Shown here in pieces: positions 15,961-24,656 of a stretch of 64,000 bases of DNA. The first letter of the stretch is position 1. The number at the start of each line of letters is the position of its first letter. Source of the DNA: Actinomycetes bacterium (GTDB lineage: Bacteria > Actinomycetota > Acidimicrobiia > Acidimicrobiales > RAAP-2); contig JAJYVT010000009.1 of NCBI GenBank assembly GCA_021791845.1, positions 2,176 to 66,175 on the forward strand, in the 5' to 3' direction. A program made the translations under genes and the position numbers. The notes beneath the pieces are model-generated. The model was not told the origin of the DNA. It was given only the letters and a program-made list of their open reading frames with translations, and ran no database searches.

Positions 15961-18006
15961 ATGCCGTCGGCGTCGAGGCGGTCCGCGCGTGCCCACGTCC
16001 CCGCCCTCGATGGTGTGCGCGCCCTCGCCGTGCTTGGCGTCCTCGCCTTCCACGGCGGTGTCTCGTGGCTCCCGGGCGGCTTCCTCGGCGTGGACGCATT
16101 CTTCGTTCTCTCGGGGTTCCTCATCACCACGCTACTGATCGACGAATGGCAGGGGTCCGGGACGGTACGCCTCCGCGCCTTTTGGGCTCGGCGGGCCCGC
16201 CGCCTGCTTCCGGCACTGTTCGCCGTGCTCGTGGTGGTCGCCTGCTATGCCGCCTTCGCCGTGCCCCCCGGCACGTACCCCGGGCTCCGCGGCGACGCGC
16301 TGGCAGCGCTGTTCTACGTGGCGAACTGGCACTTCATCCTGAACGGGTCCAACTACTTCGCTCAGACGGCCGCGACGTCACCCCTGACCCACACCTGGTC
16401 CCTGGCGATCGAGGAGCAGTTCTACCTGCTCTGGCCCGTCTTGGTGCTCCTCGTGCTCCGGACCTGGCGCAGCGTCCGAACGATCTGGTGGATCTCGGTG
16501 GCCGGCGCCCTCGGGTCCGCTTTGGAGATGGCGCTCCTGTTCCGGGCCGGCACCGGCACCACGCGCCTCTACGACGGGACCGACACCCACGCCCAGGCGC
16601 TGCTCGTGGGCACGGCGTTGGCAGCTGGCCTCGCCCTCCTGGCGGAGCGGCAGCGGCAGGGCACCCCGGGCCGTCGGTGGTGGCGCCGGGCGGGGGACGG
16701 CGGGCGCCACCGGGTGCTCGTCAGCACCCTGGGGTGGGCTGGCGTGGGCGCGTCCGTTCTCACGTGGGGCCACCTCGGTGGCAACTCGCCCCTCCTCTAC
16801 CAGGGCGGGTTCCTGATCGCCGCCATGAGCGCCGCCGGGGTGGTGACCTCGGCCGTCCGTGATCCGGACGGTTGGCTGGCCCGAGCCCTCTCGGTCCGGC
16901 CGCTCCGCGCGCTCGGGCGCATCTCCTACGGCGTCTACCTCTGGCACTACCCCCTCTTTCTCTGGATCGACGGCCAGCGGACCGCGCTCGAGGGGTACCC
17001 CCTGCTCGGGGTGCGCTGCGCCGTCACCTTGGTGGTGGCATCGCTGTCGTACGTGCTCGTCGAGCAGCCGATCCGCCGGCGCCGCCTGCTGCTCGGCTGG
17101 AAGGCGTGGGTCGCCGCACCGGCGGGCGCCGGTGCCACCGCGCTCGCCGTCGTGTTCGCCACCGTGACGCCCAACGTGGCCGCTGCTCCCCTGGCTCGGC
17201 CCGTCCGGACCGCTGGCGCCCGACCGGTGCGAGTGCTCCTCATCGGCGACTCGACCGCGCTCACGCTCGGCGTCGCCCTCGCCGGGGACGCCCCCACATA
17301 CGGGGTCACCCAGAGCGTGAAAGCGATCCTCGGGTGCGGGGTGACCGATGGCCGACTGGTCGCCCCCACCGGCAAAGTGTCCCCGGTCGCCCGCCCGTGC
17401 GACACCGCGCCGGCGCCACCGGGGACGCCGCTGGTCCGGACGACACCGACGCCGTACGGCGTGCCCGCCATCACCCCCGACGGGGAGCGATGGACAGCGT
17501 GGTACCGCCACTGGGTCGGCGTGCTCCACCCCGACGTGGTCGTCCTGCTCGCCGGGCGCTGGGAGGTGGTGACACGCACCTACCGGGGTCACTGGACCAA
17601 CATCCTGCACCCCGCCTTCGCCGCCTACGTGCGACGCCAGCTCCAGCGCGCCGTCCACCTCGCGGATGCCGGCGGTGCGCACGTCGTCTTGATGACGGCG
17701 CCCTGCTACGACAACGGTGAGCAGCCGGACGGCCAACCATGGCCGACAGATGCCCCGGCCCGGGTGGACACGTACAACCGGCTCGTACGGGCGGTGGCGG
17801 CTGCGGACGCGCCGCGGGTGTCGGTGTTCGACCTCGGGCAGCTCGTGTGCCCGGGCGGCCACTTCCGGAGGACGCTGGACGGGGTCACCGTCCGAATGGC
17901 GGACGGCATCCACTTCACACCGGACGCCGGCCCGGTCCTCGGCCCGGCAATCTGGCCGACGATCGTCCGGATCGCCCGAACGGGGCCCCTGGCCCGTGGA
18001 TCCTGA
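15961..18006 (+). CDS. Acyltransferase family 3 (OafA/YrhL-like) membrane protein with C-terminal SGNH-like domain
   Basis: ATG at 15961. N-terminus LDGVRALAVLGVLAFHGG, about ten TM helices, C-terminal soluble domain (VRVLLIGDSTAL) typical of the fused SGNH extension. Confidence 0.85.
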   Translation: MPSASRRSARAHVPALDGVRALAVLGVLAFHGGVSWLPGGFLGVDAFFVLSGFLITTLLIDEWQGSGTVRLRAFWARRARRLLPALFAVLVVVACYAAFAVPPGTYPGLRGDALAALFYVANWHFILNGSNYFAQTAATSPLTHTWSLAIEEQFYLLWPVLVLLVLRTWRSVRTIWWISVAGALGSALEMALLFRAGTGTTRLYDGTDTHAQALLVGTALAAGLALLAERQRQGTPGRRWWRRAGDGGRHRVLVSTLGWAGVGASVLTWGHLGGNSPLLYQGGFLIAAMSAAGVVTSAVRDPDGWLARALSVRPLRALGRISYGVYLWHYPLFLWIDGQRTALEGYPLLGVRCAVTLVVASLSYVLVEQPIRRRRLLLGWKAWVAAPAGAGATALAVVFATVTPNVAAAPLARPVRTAGARPVRVLLIGDSTALTLGVALAGDAPTYGVTQSVKAILGCGVTDGRLVAPTGKVSPVARPCDTAPAPPGTPLVRTTPTPYGVPAITPDGERWTAWYRHWVGVLHPDVVVLLAGRWEVVTRTYRGHWTNILHPAFAAYVRRQLQRAVHLADAGGAHVVLMTAPCYDNGEQPDGQPWPTDAPARVDTYNRLVRAVAAADAPRVSVFDLGQLVCPGGHFRRTLDGVTVRMADGIHFTPDAGPVLGPAIWPTIVRIARTGPLARGS

Positions 18007-18109
18007 CCCTCGTCGAGACCCCATGACTCTGCAATGGGGGATGGATACCACGACCAGGGACTTCGCGGGCGCTGTGTAACGCACCCGGCTCCGGGGCAAC
18101 AATGGCGTC

Positions 18110-19483
18110 GTGGCTCGGCGACCGCCCGATCCCAGGCGCAGTTCCGGCGGGCCTCCACCCGGCGAGCCCGACCGGCGGGCGCTCGACGCGATGGCGGCAG
18201 CCGTCCGCAGGGCTCGTCTGAATGCCGGCGAGCCGTCCGGCGTCGCATCGCCGGCCTCCCCCGCGGGCGGGGATCCCCCTCCTGGCGTCCGCACAGCTCC
18301 GGGCGAGCCCGCGACTCGGGCTCGACCTTCCTTCCCGCCCCATCGGCCCTCCCCAGCCGATCCGCCCTTCCCGGACGATCCGGCCTTCCCGCCCCATCGG
18401 CCCTCCCCGGCCGATCCGCCCGTCCCGGTCGATCCGGCCTTCCCACCCCATCTGGCGCACCAGACGGGCCAGCGCCGGCTCATCACCTCCAGTTCCGGCG
18501 GGCCGGCGGCGGGCCGCAGCCGCCCGAAGGGCCCCGCCGCCAAGGACCCCGCCGACAAGGACTCCGCCGCCAAGGACCCCGCCGCCTCCGGCCGCGCCGG
18601 CTCCGACCGTCGTGCGACCGATCCCGGTGGCGCGGCTCGGACCGGGCCGCCGATGCGCGCCATCCCCTCCGATGCCGACTTCGACAACGATGCCGGCCGT
18701 GACCGCGTGGGGAAGGACGGGTTCGTCGACGACCCGGATCGCCCTTCCGCCACGGCGGCGGCCGGAATGCCGGTCTTCGACGACTTGGCTCCGGCGAGGC
18801 GGGACTCACGCTCCGGCCAGCGCGGGGGCATCCCACCTTCCCGCCCGAAACGCCCCCCGGGCCGTGTGGACCCCCGGGCAGTTCCTCCGCTCCCTGCGGC
18901 CCGGGCGCGACCGCAGCGTCCCGTGCCGCGACTCCCGAGCCATCACTCGGTGGTCGTTGCCGTCGCGATCGTGGCCGTGGCGGTGGTTGTCGCCGGCGGC
19001 CTGGCGGCGGGCCTGACGCTCGCCTCCACACCCACGCCGTCCTCCGCCCCAACGCGCACGCACGCATCCTCGGGGGCGACAGTCCCGACGGGCACCGGCT
19101 CGGGGTCGCCCGCCTCCGGCACCCCCACAGCGGGGGCCGTCCCGACGACATCGTCGTCGGGAACCGGGTCGTCGAACAGCGGGACGCCACCCTCGACGGC
19201 GCCGCCGGCCACGGGTGCCGGATCCACCGCTCCGCCTCGCCTCAGCGCGGTGCAGCCGGCTTCCGGCGGGGCCGGGCAGACCGTGCGGGTGACCGGCTCG
19301 GGGCTCTACAGCGCAAATGGCACCATCACGGCCTATGTCGGAGGCGCGGCGGCCCCCACCAGCTGCCCGTCGCAGACCAGCTGCACGGTGACCGTTCCGA
19401 ACCTCGGAGGCCCGCGGCACACCACGCTCTTCATCGCCACGCCGAGCGGGTCGTCGAACGGCGTCGCCTTCGACTACACCTGA
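18110..19483 (+). CDS. Pro-rich single-pass membrane protein with extracellular Ser/Thr linker and C-terminal IPT/TIG-like domain
   Basis: TM VVVAVAIVAVAVVVAGGLAAGLTL. C-terminus PRLSAVQPASGGAGQTVRVTGSGL...CTVTVPNLGG...VAFDYT looks like an IPT/TIG beta-sandwich. The start is uncertain. Confidence 0.55.
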   Translation: MARRPPDPRRSSGGPPPGEPDRRALDAMAAAVRRARLNAGEPSGVASPASPAGGDPPPGVRTAPGEPATRARPSFPPHRPSPADPPFPDDPAFPPHRPSPADPPVPVDPAFPPHLAHQTGQRRLITSSSGGPAAGRSRPKGPAAKDPADKDSAAKDPAASGRAGSDRRATDPGGAARTGPPMRAIPSDADFDNDAGRDRVGKDGFVDDPDRPSATAAAGMPVFDDLAPARRDSRSGQRGGIPPSRPKRPPGRVDPRAVPPLPAARARPQRPVPRLPSHHSVVVAVAIVAVAVVVAGGLAAGLTLASTPTPSSAPTRTHASSGATVPTGTGSGSPASGTPTAGAVPTTSSSGTGSSNSGTPPSTAPPATGAGSTAPPRLSAVQPASGGAGQTVRVTGSGLYSANGTITAYVGGAAAPTSCPSQTSCTVTVPNLGGPRHTTLFIATPSGSSNGVAFDYT

Positions 19484-19569
19484 CGCTCGGACACCCCCGC
19501 CGCGCTCGGCCGCCCGCACAGTCCTACCGCGCCCGGGAGAGGCCTCCCCGCAGCCCTAGGCTCGGTCAC

Positions 19570-20379
19570 GTGACCGCGGCAGAAACGCCCGAACCCGAAG
19601 CGAGCGCGCCCTCCGACGCTGCCTCCTCCACGACCGAGCAAGAGCGGCTGATCGCCGACCACCAAGCACGCCACGGGCCACTCCCCACCCGGATCCTGGG
19701 CGAGCTCCGTTCGGCCGAGCGCCACGGCACGACGGTCGGGGCCAGGGCGGCCACGGCGGTGGGGACCGTCGGCGCCAAGGCGGCCACGGCGGTTGGAACG
19801 TCGGCGGAGGCGCTGCATCTCGAGGTCGTCACGACCGATCTCGCCGGAGCCCGCGCCCTTGTCGGCCACGTGCTCGGGATGCGGCTGCTCATCCCCGCCG
19901 AAGGGATCCACGGCCCGCGCGAAGCGCCGGCGCTGCTGTACCTGTTCCGCGACGCGTTGGCGATCCGACCCACCGACGATGCGCCGATGTCGGCAATCCC
20001 GCTGTACGGGCTCCACATGGTGATGCCCCACGTCGCCGTGGCCCACTGGGTCTACAAGGCCGGGCGCACCGCCCACGCCGACCTCGACCTCGCTCGCCAG
20101 GAGGAGGACTTCGAAGCCGCCCTGCCACGCTGGACCGTGGACGACTTCCACGAGGCGACAGCCAAGCTCCAGGTTCACCCGACGGCCAAGATCGTCGGGC
20201 CCGTTCGCCTCTACGAGCACCTGGGGTTCGTCTGGTTGACGATCCCTGCAACAGATCGCCCCCAGGTCCGGTTGAAGAGCTCCCTGCCGGAGTCGGCCGC
20301 CGCCTACGTGCGGATGTGGAAGCTGTTCGACTCCGTGCCGTGGCCCGAGGGGCTCACCATGGAGGAGCCGCCCGGCTGA
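19570..20379 (+). CDS. Hypothetical protein (internal 10-aa duplication GA(R/K)AATAVGT)
   Basis: Long ORF with good G/C at third positions and no competing credible frame. No motif recognised with confidence. Confidence 0.55.
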   Translation: MTAAETPEPEASAPSDAASSTTEQERLIADHQARHGPLPTRILGELRSAERHGTTVGARAATAVGTVGAKAATAVGTSAEALHLEVVTTDLAGARALVGHVLGMRLLIPAEGIHGPREAPALLYLFRDALAIRPTDDAPMSAIPLYGLHMVMPHVAVAHWVYKAGRTAHADLDLARQEEDFEAALPRWTVDDFHEATAKLQVHPTAKIVGPVRLYEHLGFVWLTIPATDRPQVRLKSSLPESAAAYVRMWKLFDSVPWPEGLTMEEPPG

Positions 20380-20398
20380 GCGCCGGGAGGCCGCAAGC

Positions 20399-21628
20399 TC
20401 AGCCGGGCAGCACGCCCTCCCCGTCGCTGGTGAACCAGGACGGGTCGAGGTGGTCGATCGAACGGCACCCGAGCAGCATCATCGTGCGCCGCATCTCGGT
20501 CTCGAGCACCTCGAGCACCCGGAGCACACCGGCCTCTCCGGCCGCGGCCAGGCCGTAGAGGTAGGGGCGCCCGACCATCACGGCCCGGGCACCGAGGGCG
20601 AGGGCGGCCACGACATGGCTGCCGCGGCGGATTCCACCGTCCACCAGCACCTCCGCGTCCCGGCCTGCCGCATCGACCACCTCGGGCAGGACGGCGAAGG
20701 TGGCGGGGCCGCCATCGAGCTGCCGTCCCCCGTGGTTGGAGACGACCACGGCGTCGGCCCCCACCTCGACGGCCCGGCGGGCGTCGCGGCCGCTGAGGAT
20801 GCCCTTCACCACGAGCGGCCCGGGCCATCGACCGCGCAGGTGCGCCACGTCGTCCCAGGTGAACGGCGAGGCCACCGCTTGCAGCATGCCGCTCCCGTGG
20901 CCGGCAGGCCCGGCGCCCCTGGTGCTGAGTCGAATACCCGTTGCCGCCAGCTGCGCCGCCCACAGGGGGCGCTGGAGCACCTGCATGCCCAGAGGTGCGG
21001 CGTTGCGTGCATCGAGCCGCAGCGGGGGGGCGACGCCGTTCCGGACGTCGCGGGTCCGGTTGCCGAGCGCCGGCGTGTCCACCGTGACGACGAGCACCTC
21101 GATCCCGGCGTCGATGGCGCGGTCGCACAGCCCGTCGGCCTCGGCGAGGCCACCTGCCGCATACAGCTGGAACCACATCGGCACCCGGGCCGCCGCCGTC
21201 ACCTCCTCGACGGGGCTGCCGGCCACCGTGCTGAGCACCGACAGCGTGCCTCGTGCTGCAGCAGCCCGCGCCACCCCCGCCGGGCCGTCAGGATGCAGCA
21301 GGCGCACCAGACCGCACGGCGCGAGGAGGATCGGAAGGGCGACGCGCGTCCCGAGGACCGTCGTCGCCAGGTGGGGATCGACCGGGCCGATGCCCATTCG
21401 GGGGCGGAAGGTGACGTCGGCGAAGGCGGCGGCATTGCGCCGCATGGTCACCTCGTCGTCGGCCCCTCCGTCCACGTAGTCGAACACGACGGCCGGCACG
21501 CGACGCCGTGCGGCACGGCGGGCGTCCCGCACGCTGTGCAACCGGGCGGCGGCGCGCGCGTCCATGGGTCGGGTGACCCTCTGCAGGAAGGCGGGACCTG
21601 CCGTCCCGGCGGTGTCAGAGGGCGTCAT
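20399..21628 (-). CDS. FMN-dependent alpha-hydroxy acid dehydrogenase (LldD / glycolate oxidase family)
   Basis: VFDYVDGGADDE near the N-terminus and the active-site region VVSNHGGRQLDG. The ATG sits 1 nt after the SDR stop. An alternative start is at 21565. Confidence 0.85.
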   Translation of the reverse strand: MTPSDTAGTAGPAFLQRVTRPMDARAAARLHSVRDARRAARRRVPAVVFDYVDGGADDEVTMRRNAAAFADVTFRPRMGIGPVDPHLATTVLGTRVALPILLAPCGLVRLLHPDGPAGVARAAAARGTLSVLSTVAGSPVEEVTAAARVPMWFQLYAAGGLAEADGLCDRAIDAGIEVLVVTVDTPALGNRTRDVRNGVAPPLRLDARNAAPLGMQVLQRPLWAAQLAATGIRLSTRGAGPAGHGSGMLQAVASPFTWDDVAHLRGRWPGPLVVKGILSGRDARRAVEVGADAVVVSNHGGRQLDGGPATFAVLPEVVDAAGRDAEVLVDGGIRRGSHVVAALALGARAVMVGRPYLYGLAAAGEAGVLRVLEVLETEMRRTMMLLGCRSIDHLDPSWFTSDGEGVLPG

Positions 21629-21629
21629 C

Positions 21630-22367
21630 TCAGCTCCTGTGGACGGTGGCGGCGCCAGCCTGGTCGCGGGCGAGCACCACGAGGGTGTCGATGTTCACGT
21701 GCGGTGGCCGGGTCACGGCGAACGAGACGCACTCGGCCACGTCCTCGGCGCTGAGGGGCGTCACCCCGTTGTAAACCGCGGACGCACGCTCGGCATCTCC
21801 GCGGAAGCGCACCGTGCTGAACTCCGTCTCGACCATGCCCGGGTCGATCTCCGTCACGCGGACGGGACGGCCGAGCAGCTCGAGCCGGAGCACTCTCGTC
21901 AGGGCCCGCTCGGCGAACTTGGCGGCGTTGTAGCCGGCACCGCCGACGTACGCCTCGTAGGCGGCGATCGAGCCCACCGTCACGACGTGCCCGTTGCCGC
22001 TCGCTTCCATCTGCCCGAGCAGGCGACGGGTCATCCGCAACGTGCCCAGCACGTTGACCTGGTACATGGCCAACCAGTCCCGCTCGTCGGCATCTTCGAT
22101 CCGGTCCAGTCCCAATGCCCCGCCGGCATTGTTCACGAGCACCCGGCACGACGCCACGCCGTCGCAGAACCGGTCCACCGAAGAGGGGTCGGAGACGTCG
22201 AGCGGTGCCCATCGGCCGCCGATCGACTCGGCCAGCCGGCGGACGCGCTCCTCGCGCCGGGCGCCGACGTACACGTCGAAGCCGTCTGCAGCGAGCCGGC
22301 GGGCCGTCGCCTCGCCGATGCCGCTGCTCGCGCCGGTGACCACCGCTACTCCCATGTCAGCGCTCAT
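21630..22367 (-). CDS. Short-chain dehydrogenase/reductase (SDR)
   Basis: Cofactor motif VVTGASSGIGEATARRL, NNAG, and catalytic Y-x3-K (YNAAK). Confidence 0.9.
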   Translation of the reverse strand: MSADMGVAVVTGASSGIGEATARRLAADGFDVYVGARREERVRRLAESIGGRWAPLDVSDPSSVDRFCDGVASCRVLVNNAGGALGLDRIEDADERDWLAMYQVNVLGTLRMTRRLLGQMEASGNGHVVTVGSIAAYEAYVGGAGYNAAKFAERALTRVLRLELLGRPVRVTEIDPGMVETEFSTVRFRGDAERASAVYNGVTPLSAEDVAECVSFAVTRPPHVNIDTLVVLARDQAGAATVHRS

Positions 22368-22421
22368 CGCCCCGACGCTATGCGACGCGGAAGGGGGTCC
22401 GTCACCTCTTCGGGGAGATCG

Positions 22422-23429
22422 TCACCTCTTTTGTGCGGGACTGGCCGCCTGGCGGTTCGCCTCCTGCCGTGCAGCCCGCCGATCCCGCAGGGCGTCACGC
22501 GCCTGAGCGCGATCGGCGGCCAGCCGGTGCTCCAAGAGGCGGCGGCGCGACTGGAGCAGTCGGAGCACCGTCGTCAGCGCCATCCCACCGGCGACGTTGC
22601 CGACCACTGCCTCGCCGAAGAACCGCAACCAGTCGAGGTAGCCGAAGGGAGCCCGGCCGGACTGGAGCGCGAAGAAGATGAGCAACGAGTCGAGCACGGA
22701 GTGGAACAGGCGCAGGCCGGCGAGGAGGAAGGCGATGGCGATGCTCGCCACGAGCTTGACAGGCATCGAGTCCGTCCCGTTGTGCATGCGGGTCATGAGG
22801 GTGACGGCCATCCCGGCCAGGATGGCCAGCGCGAGCCCGCGCAACGACCAGCCCTCCGAGACGAAATAGGCCGCGGCGTGGCGCGCCTCGTGGTGGAGCT
22901 GCGGGAACCCCTGCATCGCGAACCAGGCGATGAGCATGCCGCCCGCCAGGTTGCCGGCCAGGATGCCGGTCCACAGCTTGAGCGCGTCGATCATGCGCGC
23001 CCGCTTGGCGACCACGACCGCTACCGGTACCAGGAACCCTTCCGTGAACAACTCGCTGCGCCCGAGCAGCAGCGCAACGAACCCGATCGAGAAGGCGAGA
23101 CCGGCGAGGGCCTGGGACCCCGTCTGCTGGCGCACGTAGAGAAGGGCCAGCACCCCGAGGCCGACTTCGAGGCCGGCGACCACCCCGGTGACGACGGTGA
23201 CCGGCCAGGTCCGCAACAGGCGGGGCGTGCCCTCGAGCACGATCCGGTCGAAGGCTGCGTCCGCCTCCGGGTCACGGCCGGCCGGTGCGTCCACCTCGGG
23301 CGCGTCGATCGGCGCCCCTCCGTCCTGCCCGCCGTCCACCACACCGCATTCGTGTCCGCCGGGGGCGAAGTCGAAACGTCCGCTGCCACGGTGGTGCGAT
23401 GGCCAGCGAACTGGCGCTCGCGCTCGCAA
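22422..23429 (-). CDS. Formate/nitrite transporter (FNT) family channel
   Basis: Six-helix pattern with SELFTEGF and NVAGG-type loops. The N-terminal start is uncertain. Confidence 0.7.
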   Translation of the reverse strand: MRARAPVRWPSHHRGSGRFDFAPGGHECGVVDGGQDGGAPIDAPEVDAPAGRDPEADAAFDRIVLEGTPRLLRTWPVTVVTGVVAGLEVGLGVLALLYVRQQTGSQALAGLAFSIGFVALLLGRSELFTEGFLVPVAVVVAKRARMIDALKLWTGILAGNLAGGMLIAWFAMQGFPQLHHEARHAAAYFVSEGWSLRGLALAILAGMAVTLMTRMHNGTDSMPVKLVASIAIAFLLAGLRLFHSVLDSLLIFFALQSGRAPFGYLDWLRFFGEAVVGNVAGGMALTTVLRLLQSRRRLLEHRLAADRAQARDALRDRRAARQEANRQAASPAQKR

Positions 23430-23465
23430 CCTGCCGGGCCTAGCGCACGCGCGGTGGTGGCGCGA

Positions 23466-24548
23466 TCAGTTACGGCAGGGGTCGTACCACGGCTGCTCGC
23501 CGTCGGCCTTGTAGAGGGCGATGGCCAGCAGGTCCTGATCCACCGGTGAGGCGTCGTAGGGTGGCACGCCCACGAGCGACGGCAGGCCGGCGAGGAGCGC
23601 CGCCTCGTTCCACGTCGGTTGGCTGAACTGGAACGCACCCATGTACTGCCCTGTCGGCGACACGGCCTGGTAGTCGCCGCCGGACTCCGCCTTCACGACA
23701 CAGGTGAGGAACGGGTTGAGCACCGGCAGCACCCCCCCGCCGGGTGTCGGTGCCGCCCCGGGCCCGGGTGCCCCCGCCGTCTGTCCCGCCCCCGACGACA
23801 CCGGCAACGGTGCGGCCGGAGCCTGCGCGGCGCGGGCTGCCGCAAGCGCGGCGGCTTGCTGGGCCGCTTGCTGCGCCTGGATGGCCGCGGCCAGTTGCCC
23901 GGTCACATTGGCTTTCTGCTGCTGCAGCTTTGTCTGCGCGACCTCGGCGCCCGCCAGCGCGGCGTTGGCCTGAGACTCCGCCTGCGCGGCTGCCGCGGCA
24001 GCGCGCGCCTGTGTCGCTTGCTCCTGGTGCAAGGAATGCCGGTCGGTCTCCAGGTTGTCCACCGCGGTCGTCAGGTTGCCGGCCATCACCTGGTCGTAGA
24101 GGACGGTGGTGCTCTGTGTTGTGGTCCCACCGAAGAGGGCCACCGTGCCCTGTGCGGTGCCACCCGCCACGTATGCCTTCACCGCAGCCGAGCGCAGGTT
24201 GGCCATGTCGGTCTCGATCTTGTGGCGCGTCGCCTGGATGCGGGCGTCCGTCGCGTGGAGCGCAGCGTCGTCGGCAGCCACCGCCGCCATGTCCGATGCC
24301 TGTTGCCGCTGGTCGGCGGCGATCTGGAGCTGCTCCAGGAGCATCTCTTGGGAGAGCTGGGCCGCCTCGGCTTGGAGGCCGCTGATCGGGTCCCCGTTCG
24401 CGGGCATGGCGGGACCGAGCAGCGTTGCGCCGAACACCGCTGCGACGCCGAGGCAGCAGATCAGGCGCACGCAGGCCGACCCCGTGCGCACTCTGACGCG
24501 CCGCCCCGTGTCAGAACCGGCCGTGGAGGCACTCCAGACGACGGTCAC
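23466..24548 (-). CDS. Secreted coiled-coil protein with C-terminal transglycosylase-like (Rpf/SLT-type) cell-wall domain
   Basis: Signal-like RLICCLGVAAVFGATLLGPAMPANG; long Q/A-rich heptad region; C-terminus CVVKAESGGDYQAVSPTGQYMGAFQFSQPTWN. Confidence 0.7.
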   Translation of the reverse strand: MTVVWSASTAGSDTGRRVRVRTGSACVRLICCLGVAAVFGATLLGPAMPANGDPISGLQAEAAQLSQEMLLEQLQIAADQRQQASDMAAVAADDAALHATDARIQATRHKIETDMANLRSAAVKAYVAGGTAQGTVALFGGTTTQSTTVLYDQVMAGNLTTAVDNLETDRHSLHQEQATQARAAAAAAQAESQANAALAGAEVAQTKLQQQKANVTGQLAAAIQAQQAAQQAAALAAARAAQAPAAPLPVSSGAGQTAGAPGPGAAPTPGGGVLPVLNPFLTCVVKAESGGDYQAVSPTGQYMGAFQFSQPTWNEAALLAGLPSLVGVPPYDASPVDQDLLAIALYKADGEQPWYDPCRN

Positions 24549-24656
24549 GGGGCCCTCTTTCTACCGAGATCGATCGGCGCCGTCAAATGGCACCAGCGGC
24601 ACCGGGAGCCCGCGAGCACCCTGGCCAGGGCGGATCCCCCCTGGGGACACCCCCAG

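Noticed and set aside
16378-18831. 817-aa minus-strand ORF
   Set aside because: It is antisense to the acyltransferase-3/SGNH gene and the IPT/TIG gene. It has shadow-ORF composition and no domain signatures.
20399-22367. FMN-dependent dehydrogenase plus SDR as part of a mycofactocin system
   Set aside because: There is no mftA-F-like gene (no radical SAM MftC, no small precursor, no glycosyltransferase) adjacent. The radical SAM gene in this window is 30 kb away and of the B12 class.
24549-24656. Possible ydaO-type (c-di-AMP) riboswitch upstream of the cell-wall hydrolase-like gene
   Set aside because: Such riboswitches often precede rpf-like genes in Actinobacteria. But the leader is only about 108 nt, and I could not find the conserved ydaO core segments. 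Only a short CTGGGG/CCCCAG hairpin (24641-24656) is present. An Infernal scan would settle it.
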